This document shows positions 9,680 to 18,550 of a DNA stretch of 64,000 nt, in pieces. Made by a program: the position numbers and the translations under genes. The DNA is from Spirochaetota bacterium. Its GTDB lineage: Bacteria > Spirochaetota > UBA4802 > UBA5550. Each line of letters starts with the position of its first letter. Within the stretch, counting starts at the first letter, position 1. The stretch covers positions 1 through 64,000 of the forward strand of contig JBNKTL010000011.1 in assembly GCA_050298055.1 (NCBI GenBank), in the 5' to 3' direction. Below the pieces are notes generated by a model. It was not told the DNA's origin. It worked only from the letters and a program-made list of their open reading frames with translations, and made no database searches.

Positions 9680-11098
9680 ATGCCACAAAGAGAAAGGCTC
9701 CGTTCATATGTTGAAAAACTGGCTGCATATTTAAAAAAGAGTCCCAATGCGCTATTTGAAGATAACCCGGAAATCCTGGATAATTTGATTAATGAAAACT
9801 GGGACGCGAATGTTGATTTTGTAAAATCCCAGATAGAAAAAGGCCTTAAAGAAGCCAAGGAACATGAAAGTGTTTTAAGTGCTGAAATTGGATGCGTGGG
9901 ATTTGAATGGAATGATATGGACCATGACAGTTTTACTCTCTATCTGGGAACAGAAAACGTTTATGAGCAATGGATGGAGTGTGATCTGGGTGATTTCGCG
10001 AATATTGATGTTGAACCCGTTTTATCGAGAATTTTCAAGGACATTGAAGAGAGGACCGAAGAACTCCATGATGATCTCAATGATATTAATGACCTTATGG
10101 AAGCGCTTCTGGAGGTTGCGGTTTCAGAGGCATGGAAGGAGAATCTCTTTCAGATATTAAACTGTAAAAAAGACCTTATAATAATAAGCCGTCTCTGGCA
10201 TGATGTGGAGTGGATGCTTATCGCTGCTGACGATGATTCGGAACAGTCTGGTAATCTTTACCGGGTACTTGATTATCCCCCTGAGGTTGATGAAGAAGAA
10301 GATGAAGGTGATGATGAAAACGAAGAAGGGATAAAAATTGGCAGAGAAGTGATCAAAACAGATTCGCGGTGGCTGCGCTGCAGAGGGGCCGGTATCCGTA
10401 AACTGCCCGAAGAGATTGGCATGCTGACGGATGTTGAAGAGGTTGAATTGGGCGACAACAATATAGAATCGATTCCTGACTCATTCTGGAAACTGAAAAA
10501 AGTTGAAAAACTGGCATTACAGAACAATAAAATCGGAGAAATATCAGAAAATATATCGGAATTGAAAGAAATAACACACCTTGATTTAACGAATAATAAG
10601 TTAAAGTCTCTTCCCGGTTCTCTTTCTGCTTTAGAAAGGCTTGAATCTCTTCATCTGGGTTATAATGAGTTATCGGAATTACCGGAAGAAATGTATAAAT
10701 TGTCAAGTCTGACGATGATTGAACTTCATTATAACAAACTTTCCCGTCTGCCGGAGTTACCTCAATCATTGGAATGGCTTCAGCTTTTAAACAACCGGTT
10801 AAGTGATCTCCCCTCTTCCCTGGCTAAATTGACCAGGCTGGAAACCCTCACAATTTCTGAAAATAATTTCACAGAAATCCCCGAGGTTGTTTTCCGGCTT
10901 GAAAACCTTGAAAGCATTACTCTTGGAGGAAATCCTGTTACTGAAGTACCTGAAAAATTAATGCAGCTTCCCAAATTGAGAGAAGTGCACATTTATCCAA
11001 ATAAGTTTTCCATAGAAGAGCGTAAAGTTCTCAGGGAAAAGTATGGTGAAAGAATTTTTCTGGGATATGACACTGATGAAAAGTCCTTTATGAAATAA
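9680..11098 (+). CDS. Leucine-rich repeat protein with acidic N-terminal domain
   Basis: About 9-10 LRRs of 23 aa (LxxLxLxxNxLxxLPxxI) in the C-terminal half. Start set at MPQRER after AAGGAG. Confidence 0.88.
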   Translation: MPQRERLRSYVEKLAAYLKKSPNALFEDNPEILDNLINENWDANVDFVKSQIEKGLKEAKEHESVLSAEIGCVGFEWNDMDHDSFTLYLGTENVYEQWMECDLGDFANIDVEPVLSRIFKDIEERTEELHDDLNDINDLMEALLEVAVSEAWKENLFQILNCKKDLIIISRLWHDVEWMLIAADDDSEQSGNLYRVLDYPPEVDEEEDEGDDENEEGIKIGREVIKTDSRWLRCRGAGIRKLPEEIGMLTDVEEVELGDNNIESIPDSFWKLKKVEKLALQNNKIGEISENISELKEITHLDLTNNKLKSLPGSLSALERLESLHLGYNELSELPEEMYKLSSLTMIELHYNKLSRLPELPQSLEWLQLLNNRLSDLPSSLAKLTRLETLTISENNFTEIPEVVFRLENLESITLGGNPVTEVPEKLMQLPKLREVHIYPNKFSIEERKVLREKYGERIFLGYDTDEKSFMK

Positions 11099-11157
11099 CC
11101 ACTATAACAGTATTTTAGTTGAAATTCTCCCGATCTTCAAAAATAATAATATTAATT

Positions 11158-11294
11158 GTAACCACTCAACTTTATGATTAGAATATGTCTGTATTAATAA
11201 AAATATCAACAATGCGTCCCCGCCGCCGAAGGCGGCGGGGACGCATCAGTTATGTTTTTTGTTGACATACCAATTCTATACATAGATGAGTTAC
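11158..11294 (+). mobile_element. MITE-like quasi-palindromic element, copy A
   Basis: Ends GTAACCACTCAAC / AGATGAGTTAC. Central perfect 16-bp hairpin ATGCGTCCCCGCCGCC-GAA-GGCGGCGGGGACGCAT at 11212-11246. Confidence 0.8.
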
Positions 11295-11349
11295 AATTAA
11301 TGTATAAAAAACTCATAAATCACAGAAAGAGCGGGCAGGACGTTAGGGC

Positions 11350-12333
11350 TTGAACAGATTAAAAACATCATTTTACCTTCTCATTATTACCATTCTTTTC
11401 GGTGTCCTGGGATACACCTTTGCCGAAGATATGGGGATTTTCGAGTCCCTCTACATGACAATAATAACCATCAGTACCGTGGGTTTCATGGAGGTCAAAC
11501 CTCTCTCTGTTTACGGAAGAACGGTAACAATCCTGCTGATCATCTTCGGCATAACAAACGGCGCATATGCTATCGGGACGTTTATCCGCATGTTTATCGA
11601 AGGTGAACTGAAAAAAAACATCTGGAGAAATAAAGTGGAAAAGAAAATATCAAAGCTGAAAAGCCATTTTATCATATGCGGTTTCGGAAGGATTGGAAGC
11701 CTTATCTGCCGGGAACTTGAGGCCCATAACAGGGACTTTGTAGTTATTGAAAATCATCCTGAAACAATTGAAAAACTCGAAGAAACATCTTATCTTTATC
11801 TTCCCCTGGACGCGAGCACGGACGATTCTCTGTTGAGCGCGGGAATAATGGAAGCAAAAGGAATCGTCACGGCAGTAAGGTCGGACGCCGATAATGTTTT
11901 TATTACCCTTACGGCAAAGGGGTTGAGGCCCGATATATTCGTTTTATCACGGGCATCTGATGAAAAGAATGAAGTAAAACTTATCAGGGCCGGTGCTTCC
12001 CGTGTTGTCTCTCCTTACCTCATGGGGGGGAGAAGAATGGCGCAGGTGCTTATAAGGCCAACAGTTGTGGATTTTATGGACATTGCCGTAACGGAAGGGG
12101 GGATAGGACTCAAGATGGAGGAGGTCATGGTCTCCCCCCACTCAAACCTGGTAGGGATGAATCTTATTCAAAGCAACCTGAGAAAGGACTACGGCGTGAT
12201 CATTGTGCTTATAAAAAAACATCATGGTGAGATGATATTCAACCCGCTGCCTAACGAGGTCCTGGATGCCAATGATGTGCTTGTCATGCTTGGAAAAGTT
12301 GAAGACATGAGGAGGATGAACGAAATAATTTAA
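11350..12333 (+). CDS. Potassium channel protein (ion_trans_2 + TrkA-N/TrkA-C RCK domains)
   Basis: TISTVGF selectivity filter, ICGFGRIG Rossmann motif and a C-terminal TrkA-C domain. Confidence 0.93.
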   Translation: MNRLKTSFYLLIITILFGVLGYTFAEDMGIFESLYMTIITISTVGFMEVKPLSVYGRTVTILLIIFGITNGAYAIGTFIRMFIEGELKKNIWRNKVEKKISKLKSHFIICGFGRIGSLICRELEAHNRDFVVIENHPETIEKLEETSYLYLPLDASTDDSLLSAGIMEAKGIVTAVRSDADNVFITLTAKGLRPDIFVLSRASDEKNEVKLIRAGASRVVSPYLMGGRRMAQVLIRPTVVDFMDIAVTEGGIGLKMEEVMVSPHSNLVGMNLIQSNLRKDYGVIIVLIKKHHGEMIFNPLPNEVLDANDVLVMLGKVEDMRRMNEII

Positions 12334-12339
12334 GTGTCG

Positions 12340-14244
12340 TCAGCTGATGTTCTTGTGCTTTATGTCCTTGACAAGCTTTGATATTTCGGTAATCAGGCTG
12401 TCAAGCTTAAAGGGTTTTGGGAGAAAAAGATCAATGACGTTCTTGTAGGCGTCAAGATTGTTAAGCATCCAGCCGGAGAGCAGCACCGTAACGGTCTTCT
12501 CTTTCAGTTCCTTCACCCTGGCGGCCAGCTCTATCCCCGTTAAGCCTTCAATATCATAATCTGTAATGACCAGGTCATACTGGCTTCGTTTGAATTCTGA
12601 GAGCGCTTCATCCCCGTTATTGGAAATAAATACCCTGTTTCCCATCCTGTCGAAAAGTTCATAGAGAATCTTCTGAAGGGCTTCTTCGTCTTCGGCTATG
12701 AGTATGCTGAGATCTCTCAGCCTGAACTTTTCATCCTTTATGCTCTTTTCCCTGGTGTCAAATATAACTTTTGACGGGAATATTGTTTTAATGGCATAAG
12801 TCTCCAGGGACTCCTCTTCAATGATTTTCAGTTTAAGTTTTTCCGCTGCCTGCCTGATATCTATTCCGGGGTAAAGGCTGGTGTTTCCAAGCTGCGGAAC
12901 GGCTGTTCCGGGCAGTATCTCCTTGTTAACCATCACCTTGATAAAAAGATCGTTGTTCTGTTTCAGTGTTATTTCAATTGTCCCTTTCTTAAGAATAAAA
13001 ATTGAGACTTTCAGGATAATTGATATTATTATCTCTTTAAGAAGGCTGACATCGGTCTTTATATCTGCGCTGGTAAAATATTTCTTATTGATATTTATAC
13101 TTCTCTTCTTGTCCTTGTCTTCCACCTTGAACTGCATCTTTGAAAAGTCTATTGCGTCTTCAATGATATCAATGATTGCTTCAATCTTTTCTTCAGGGAG
13201 TTCCTTTCTGTCTCTCAGGAAGTTCTCAACCCTTCGTGTTTCGTCTGCGATTTCGTTTGTGGCGTCTTCTATCATCCTGATCCCTTCGATGACCGATTCC
13301 TTTTCAGTAATCTGGAGCAGGAGCTGTGTTTTACTCATGATAACATTGATGGTGTTATTCAGTGTATGAAGAAATCCCTTGGCAATGTTCCTTAAAAGAC
13401 GGTCTCTTTTTATGGTATTGAGCTCATTCCTCATTTCAGCCAACCGCGTCATATCTTCCAGGATAAGTTCAATTGCGGCAATTTCATCATCAATAATAAT
13501 CGGGTATATCACCAGGTTGACTATTCTCTTTGAACCTTCACTGTCCTCTATCTTTACTTCACCCAGTCTTTTAAAGGTTATATCTCCCTCAATAATACGT
13601 GTTATATATTTCCTTATGGATTCAAAAGTTGCGGGGAAGAAAGTTTCCAGTTTAAGGTCCTGGGTCTCCTGTTCTTCATATGAACTGAGGCCGAGAAGAC
13701 CTTCTGCGGAGCGGCTCATTTTAACAATCTCATATTTTTCATTGATCCTGATGACCGGTACCGGTGAAAACTCATAAAAAAGCCTGTCGTACTGAAAGTT
13801 TTCTTCTGAAATCAGCGAGAGTGTTGATTTATCAAAAGAGAGGAGTCTCATGTCCACGACTTTAATGAGAGTGAGAATTGACGAGACTTCACCTTCACTG
13901 TACATGGGGAAGAGGAATATCTCAAGGGGTTTTTGTGAACCGTCAGGCAGGTTTATAACCGCAAAGCAGTGTTTTTCCGTGCCTTTAATGGCACTGAGAT
14001 ATGCCGTGGCAACCCGCTTCCGGTACTCAAGGGCAAGAGGCTGGGTCCAGTCCAGTTTTATCTCTTCTTCATTACCGCCAAAAAGAGTATTGAACGCCTG
14101 GTTCCCATACTTGATAACACCGTCAGTTCCGATTATACATGTCGGATAGTTTAAAGATTCGAAAATTTTATGGTCAGAAGAAACGGGAGATGAATGGTCT
14201 CCCGTTTCCTTATCTTTCTCATTAGCCATAAAAACATACTCCAT
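12340..14244 (-). CDS. PAS-PAS-HisKA-REC hybrid signalling protein with degenerate ATPase domain
   Basis: Two PAS-like regions, H-box-like FLHTLNNTINVI and a C-terminal receiver (IAEDE, DLVITD, KPF). Confidence 0.8.
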   Translation of the reverse strand: MEYVFMANEKDKETGDHSSPVSSDHKIFESLNYPTCIIGTDGVIKYGNQAFNTLFGGNEEEIKLDWTQPLALEYRKRVATAYLSAIKGTEKHCFAVINLPDGSQKPLEIFLFPMYSEGEVSSILTLIKVVDMRLLSFDKSTLSLISEENFQYDRLFYEFSPVPVIRINEKYEIVKMSRSAEGLLGLSSYEEQETQDLKLETFFPATFESIRKYITRIIEGDITFKRLGEVKIEDSEGSKRIVNLVIYPIIIDDEIAAIELILEDMTRLAEMRNELNTIKRDRLLRNIAKGFLHTLNNTINVIMSKTQLLLQITEKESVIEGIRMIEDATNEIADETRRVENFLRDRKELPEEKIEAIIDIIEDAIDFSKMQFKVEDKDKKRSININKKYFTSADIKTDVSLLKEIIISIILKVSIFILKKGTIEITLKQNNDLFIKVMVNKEILPGTAVPQLGNTSLYPGIDIRQAAEKLKLKIIEEESLETYAIKTIFPSKVIFDTREKSIKDEKFRLRDLSILIAEDEEALQKILYELFDRMGNRVFISNNGDEALSEFKRSQYDLVITDYDIEGLTGIELAARVKELKEKTVTVLLSGWMLNNLDAYKNVIDLFLPKPFKLDSLITEISKLVKDIKHKNIS

Positions 14245-14260
14245 GGAGAGAACAGTTTTA

Positions 14261-14337
14261 AGGGAACCTCTCTTTTTTAAAAGAGGGGTTCCCTCCGGGT
14301 ATATCTACAGGTTAAAAACCGGTTTATAGATGTACCC
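14261..14337. repeat. Two adjacent hairpins (terminator/REP-like)
   Basis: AGGGAACCTCTCTTTT/AAAAGAGGGGTTCCCT (14261-14294) and GGGTATATCTA/TAGATGTACCC (14297-14337). Confidence 0.6.
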
Positions 14338-14352
14338 ATAACAAATGAACCA

Positions 14353-15714
14353 TTAATTCAAAGTTCTGACATTGAAGAAGAATTTTTTCCCTTTTTCAAT
14401 ATTTATTTTATAGTTTTCTCTTAAAAGGACTCTCCCGCCCCTTCCCACATATTCCAGGGCCATGATATGCTCACCCGGTGGCAAAAATGTTTTTACCAGC
14501 TGCAGGTTCGCGGGAAGAAAATGCCAGCACCTGAGATCAGGCTTCATCTGGGAGAAGAGGGCCGCTCCGGTGCCTGCCCCGGCGATGGTACCGATAAGTC
14601 CCGAGAAGGCCCCGGCGCCCATTTTCTTGGCCACCTGTTTCGCGGCGATTCCCGCGGCAATGGATACGGCTGCTTTTGTAACTATTGATGCCGCGACTTT
14701 GGCAGAAAGCATTTTATAGTCGTCCTTAAGCGTTTTCACCGCCGTATTCTCTACGCTTTCGAGCATAATGCTTCTCAGTGTCCTGCCTGCAATCCTGACC
14801 CTTACATATTGCGCAAGGTTTGATCTCTTTACGAATTTCGGGATGGGATTTTCCGCTTTACTTATTGCAACCATAATCGCCGCTATGGAAACACCCTGCT
14901 GCAGGGTCAGTCTCCCCAGGGAAAGGTTTATCTTTGCCTTCATATCTCCGCTCTGAAGAAGCCCGCCCCTGCTGGCCTTAATGGCCGTCTGCCCGCTCTG
15001 GTAGATAAGAACCAGCTCTCCCTGGCTCTGGTTCCATTTGTTGGGATTATCCATCATTCTTTCAAGACGGGCAAGGTCAGCCTGTGCCATTCCGAGGCCT
15101 CCCCTGAGCTTGAGTATCTGCCTCAGTTCAATCAGGGCGAATTCAAGGTCCTCATCATCCTTCTGCTCCATGGCAACGGTTTCGAAAGCGATGGCTGTCA
15201 TATATTTTGCCATGAGGTTCTGCCTGTACCTGGCCTGTCCTTCAACCTTTATCTTTGCAAGTTCGTTGTTTACTGATTTAAACTCAACACGCGCCGCGTC
15301 ATAGTTTTTAAGCATGAGGTAATTGATCCCCGAGAACATCCTGATGAGGACTTTCTCAAAGTCTTCACCCCTGTAGTTTGTGGCGCGCTGGTTTGTGAGG
15401 AGAGAAGCTACCTGCTTGGATATGCTTATGGGTGTTACCTTGGCAATGTTCGCCGCCTTGGTAAGAATTATATTGCTGAGCTTGTAGTCTCCCGCTACAT
15501 GGAAAAGGTATCCCGCTTCCATCATGTAGAGAAGCTGGTTTTTGTCCTGTTTCTGGGCATAGGGTTTGAGTATTGACGCTGCTTTATTGTATTGTTTTTT
15601 GAGAAAGAGCAGGTCCGGCTGTTTCATGACTTGCCGGTAATTCTGACCTCCTCCGCATGACAGAACAGTCACTGTAATTATTGTTGCCAGTAAAGCATTT
15701 CTTCTTTTTTTCAT
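14353..15714 (-). CDS. COG3014-family TPR-like lipoprotein
   Basis: Lipobox VLSC, YRGEDFEKVL and PDLRCWHFLPANLQ motifs; downstream of an LpoB-like gene. Confidence 0.8.
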   Translation of the reverse strand: MKKRRNALLATIITVTVLSCGGGQNYRQVMKQPDLLFLKKQYNKAASILKPYAQKQDKNQLLYMMEAGYLFHVAGDYKLSNIILTKAANIAKVTPISISKQVASLLTNQRATNYRGEDFEKVLIRMFSGINYLMLKNYDAARVEFKSVNNELAKIKVEGQARYRQNLMAKYMTAIAFETVAMEQKDDEDLEFALIELRQILKLRGGLGMAQADLARLERMMDNPNKWNQSQGELVLIYQSGQTAIKASRGGLLQSGDMKAKINLSLGRLTLQQGVSIAAIMVAISKAENPIPKFVKRSNLAQYVRVRIAGRTLRSIMLESVENTAVKTLKDDYKMLSAKVAASIVTKAAVSIAAGIAAKQVAKKMGAGAFSGLIGTIAGAGTGAALFSQMKPDLRCWHFLPANLQLVKTFLPPGEHIMALEYVGRGGRVLLRENYKINIEKGKKFFFNVRTLN

Positions 15715-15820
15715 GATCGACTCCTGAATAAGTGCGGATAATGCTCCTCACCCAACTTTCCTTTTTATGAAAGGTGAGTGAGGATGCTCCTGAATCAGCT
15801 GTTTCCCGGTAATGTTATAA

Positions 15821-16387
15821 TTACCATCCAACCTTTGTATTTTTTGTAGCCTTGAGGAATTCTTTCTGCTCTTGCCATACCTGTATCCCTGTTCTCAGCT
15901 CTTTCATTTTGATGGTAACGACCAGATACTGAATGGTCTTTCCTCCCACAGTCCTGGTGTTGTCGCTGATGTCTCCGTAGAGGTAAAGGTTTGGTGATTT
16001 CAACTCACCAACCGGAATAGCGCTGTCCGGATCAATAATTCCGGTCATTCCTTTTTGCATCTCTTCCAGTGCCTCTTTGGTAAAGGAGGGATCAATAAAC
16101 CGGATCCTTTTTTTAATGAGGTTGTTTACCAGTTCATTGGAAAGCATCTTTGTATCAATATGTTCTGATGTCCTGTTCCTTATTTTTCTTACCTGGATAA
16201 ATGCGGATTTTTTCTCTGACTTAAGATAGCCGTAAAGAGAACCGACCATCTTCGCTACGGTATCTTTTATCTCTTTTGGACCCCACTCACGTGATCCTTT
16301 GTCTTTAGTCGGGTCCCTGTATTGCGTACCTCCGCAACTTACCGTAAAAAGGGCAACAGCAATTAAAAGAACTGATAATTTCTTCAT
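15821..16387 (-). CDS. Penicillin-binding protein activator LpoB-like lipoprotein
   Basis: Lipobox TVSC and IRNRTSEHIDT motif. Confidence 0.8.
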   Translation of the reverse strand: MKKLSVLLIAVALFTVSCGGTQYRDPTKDKGSREWGPKEIKDTVAKMVGSLYGYLKSEKKSAFIQVRKIRNRTSEHIDTKMLSNELVNNLIKKRIRFIDPSFTKEALEEMQKGMTGIIDPDSAIPVGELKSPNLYLYGDISDNTRTVGGKTIQYLVVTIKMKELRTGIQVWQEQKEFLKATKNTKVGW

Positions 16388-16577
16388 CTTTTGTCTCCTA
16401 TAAATGACTTCTCTTAATAAAATTGCGGGTAATTAACTACCCCAAAGACTTCCTCTGAATATATAAAAGTCTTTAAATAAAAAATGATGATATATATTTC
16501 CTATCATCATATTAATTCTAATTATTCATATATTAGTCATTTATGTCAATGAAGTAAATGTAAAGGGATAAATTTTT

Positions 16578-16718
16578 TTAATTACTCAGCAACGCATAAA
16601 AAAAATCATTTCATAAAGACAGACAACTGATATGTCCCCGCCGCTCAAGGCGGCGGGGACATATTGTTGCTATTTTAGTAAAAATAAGTATATTAAAGCC
16701 ATAGTGTATTTTTATTAC
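16578..16718 (-). mobile_element. MITE-like element, copy B (reverse orientation)
   Basis: TTAATTACTCAGC end. Core ATATGTCCCCGCCGC-TCAAG-GCGGCGGGGACATAT at 16630-16664. The other end is degraded, so that boundary is approximate. Confidence 0.75.
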
Positions 16719-17728
16719 CTGTTGATCTGCTTTTCTATACATTCTTTGATCTTTTCAACCGTTTTCTGTGTGACGGTAAAATCGATTTCTGCAAGATATT
16801 TTCTTCGTTTCAGTTTATGCAGGTAGAGGGGGTCATAGTATTCTTTAAACATGATCCGGGTAAAATCTCTCAGATTCCCGCTGTCGAGGAGATCATTGAG
16901 CTCATTGATAACCGGGGGGCCCAGTTTTGATCTGAGGCTTTTCACAATGGTTTTTACCTCATCTTTATTGAGACCTTCTGAATATTCCCGAAGAATAATA
17001 TCTATTCGCTGTTCAATATCCGCCACCAGGAGTATGGACTGGGCGTCATTCATAAAACGAAAAAGTGCAGGCGGTATGTGAAGGTTGCCGATTTTTTTTG
17101 ATTCACCCTCCAGAATGATATAGGGGGCATTTTCCAGTTCATCGAGCCTTTTTATTATGCTGCTTTCAAATCCTTTCTGTGTTTTCTGTTTCAATCCTAT
17201 TCCGCCGAAAATAGAGCTCCTGTGTCCTGCCATCTCCTCCAGGTCCAGTGTGAAATCCATATTTCGTATAACTTCTGTTTTCCCGGTACCTGTAAGCCCG
17301 TGGAGAACAAAAAGCGGCGGCCCGACCCTGAGTGAATTGAGCCGTTCCCTGATATACTGCCTGTATCCTTTATAGCCGTCCCGGATCTTAACGGCATTAA
17401 TGCCAAGTGAGTTGAGAAGTGAAACTACGGCGCCGGACCTCATGCCGCCCCTTGCGCAGGTAATGATGAGATACCTGTCACCGTAACTGAGGATTGAGTT
17501 AATAATATCACCGAGCTTTTCACCCACAAATTCGGACCCCCTGACAATTGCGGTTTCTTTTCCCAGTGCCTTATAGATCTTTCCGATTTCATCCCGTTCA
17601 CTGTCACTGAAGAGGGGGATATTGACAGCACCGGGGAGCGAATCCAGTTCGAACTCCCGGGGCGAACGAACGTCAATGTACAAACGGTTTTCTCTGGTGA
17701 GGGATTCAGTGTAGGATATTTCTTTCAT
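16715..17728 (-). CDS. mnmH: tRNA 2-selenouridine(34) synthase
   Basis: Rhodanese domain (IDVRSPREF, CARGGMRS) plus P-loop GLTGTGKT, DLEEMAGHRSSIFG and EGESKKIG. Confidence 0.95.
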   Translation of the reverse strand: MKEISYTESLTRENRLYIDVRSPREFELDSLPGAVNIPLFSDSERDEIGKIYKALGKETAIVRGSEFVGEKLGDIINSILSYGDRYLIITCARGGMRSGAVVSLLNSLGINAVKIRDGYKGYRQYIRERLNSLRVGPPLFVLHGLTGTGKTEVIRNMDFTLDLEEMAGHRSSIFGGIGLKQKTQKGFESSIIKRLDELENAPYIILEGESKKIGNLHIPPALFRFMNDAQSILLVADIEQRIDIILREYSEGLNKDEVKTIVKSLRSKLGPPVINELNDLLDSGNLRDFTRIMFKEYYDPLYLHKLKRRKYLAEIDFTVTQKTVEKIKECIEKQINR

Positions 17729-17741
17729 GGCAGCGATAGTT

Positions 17742-17916
17742 AGTTACAAGTCACAAGTTTCAAGTTTCAAGTTACAAGTTAATGTTGTAAATATTGAAAA
17801 TGCGATCACAAACATATAGTTTACAAAACTATTTGCGTTTATCAGCAGTTCCAAAATTTTTATTTATGTATAAATCTCTTTAAACTTGGAACTCGAAACC
17901 TGAAACTCGGAACATA
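17742..17916. repeat. Inverted pair of heptamer tandem arrays
   Basis: (AGTTTCA)-like x5.5 at 17742-17780 and the reverse-complement type (AAACTYG) x5 at 17882-17916. Confidence 0.8.
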
Positions 17917-17969
17917 AATATTTTTATTTCAGATTATTAATTATGGAATTAATAGTGGTAAAATATTAG

Positions 17970-18539
17970 TTATTTTAAATCTCTCCCGAGATTAAACGCC
18001 TTCAGGTTCATCTCAACAAACTTTTCCTTCACCAGGGACTTTATGGCATCTTCCCACTCCTCTCTTTTAAATTCAAGGTGGTTTGAAAGAGTACCCAGCA
18101 TAATAATGTTCAGGGCCTTTCGGGAACCGGCCTCTTTTACCGCTTCCCCTGTATCGAGGATCAGGCTGTTTTCAACATGTGATTTCAGCCATTCTTCAAT
18201 ATCTTTCGGATAATCCATGAGACCCGTTTCAACGGGAGCCGGGTCGATTTTGTCTCTGTTTACGATAAGTTTTCCCCCGGGTGAAAGATAATCCAGCTTC
18301 CTCATAACTTCAAGGAGTTCAAAGCTGACAATATAATCGGCAGTCCCCTTCTCGATAAGAGGAGAGTAAACATTCTCTCCGAACCGCACGTGACAGTCAA
18401 CACTGCCCCCCCGCTGGGCCATCCCGTGTACTTCGGACTCCTTGACCGCGTAGCCCTTTTTCATTGCCACATCCATGAGTATCTTGCTTGCCAGGATGAC
18501 CCCTTGGCCGCCAACGCCGGCAAATATCACATTTTTCAT
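17970..18539 (-). CDS. iorB: Indolepyruvate ferredoxin oxidoreductase beta subunit
   Basis: AGVGGQGVILAS and SEVHGMAQRGGSV motifs. Confidence 0.95.
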   Translation of the reverse strand: MKNVIFAGVGGQGVILASKILMDVAMKKGYAVKESEVHGMAQRGGSVDCHVRFGENVYSPLIEKGTADYIVSFELLEVMRKLDYLSPGGKLIVNRDKIDPAPVETGLMDYPKDIEEWLKSHVENSLILDTGEAVKEAGSRKALNIIMLGTLSNHLEFKREEWEDAIKSLVKEKFVEMNLKAFNLGRDLK

Positions 18540-18550
18540 TCTCTTTTATC

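Noticed and set aside
16427..16510. Short dyads upstream of the lpoB-like gene (AAAGACTT/AAGTCTTT, ATGATGATA/TATCATCAT)
   Set aside because: They could be operators, but 8-9-bp dyads are expected by chance in very AT-rich spacers and no regulator can be assigned.
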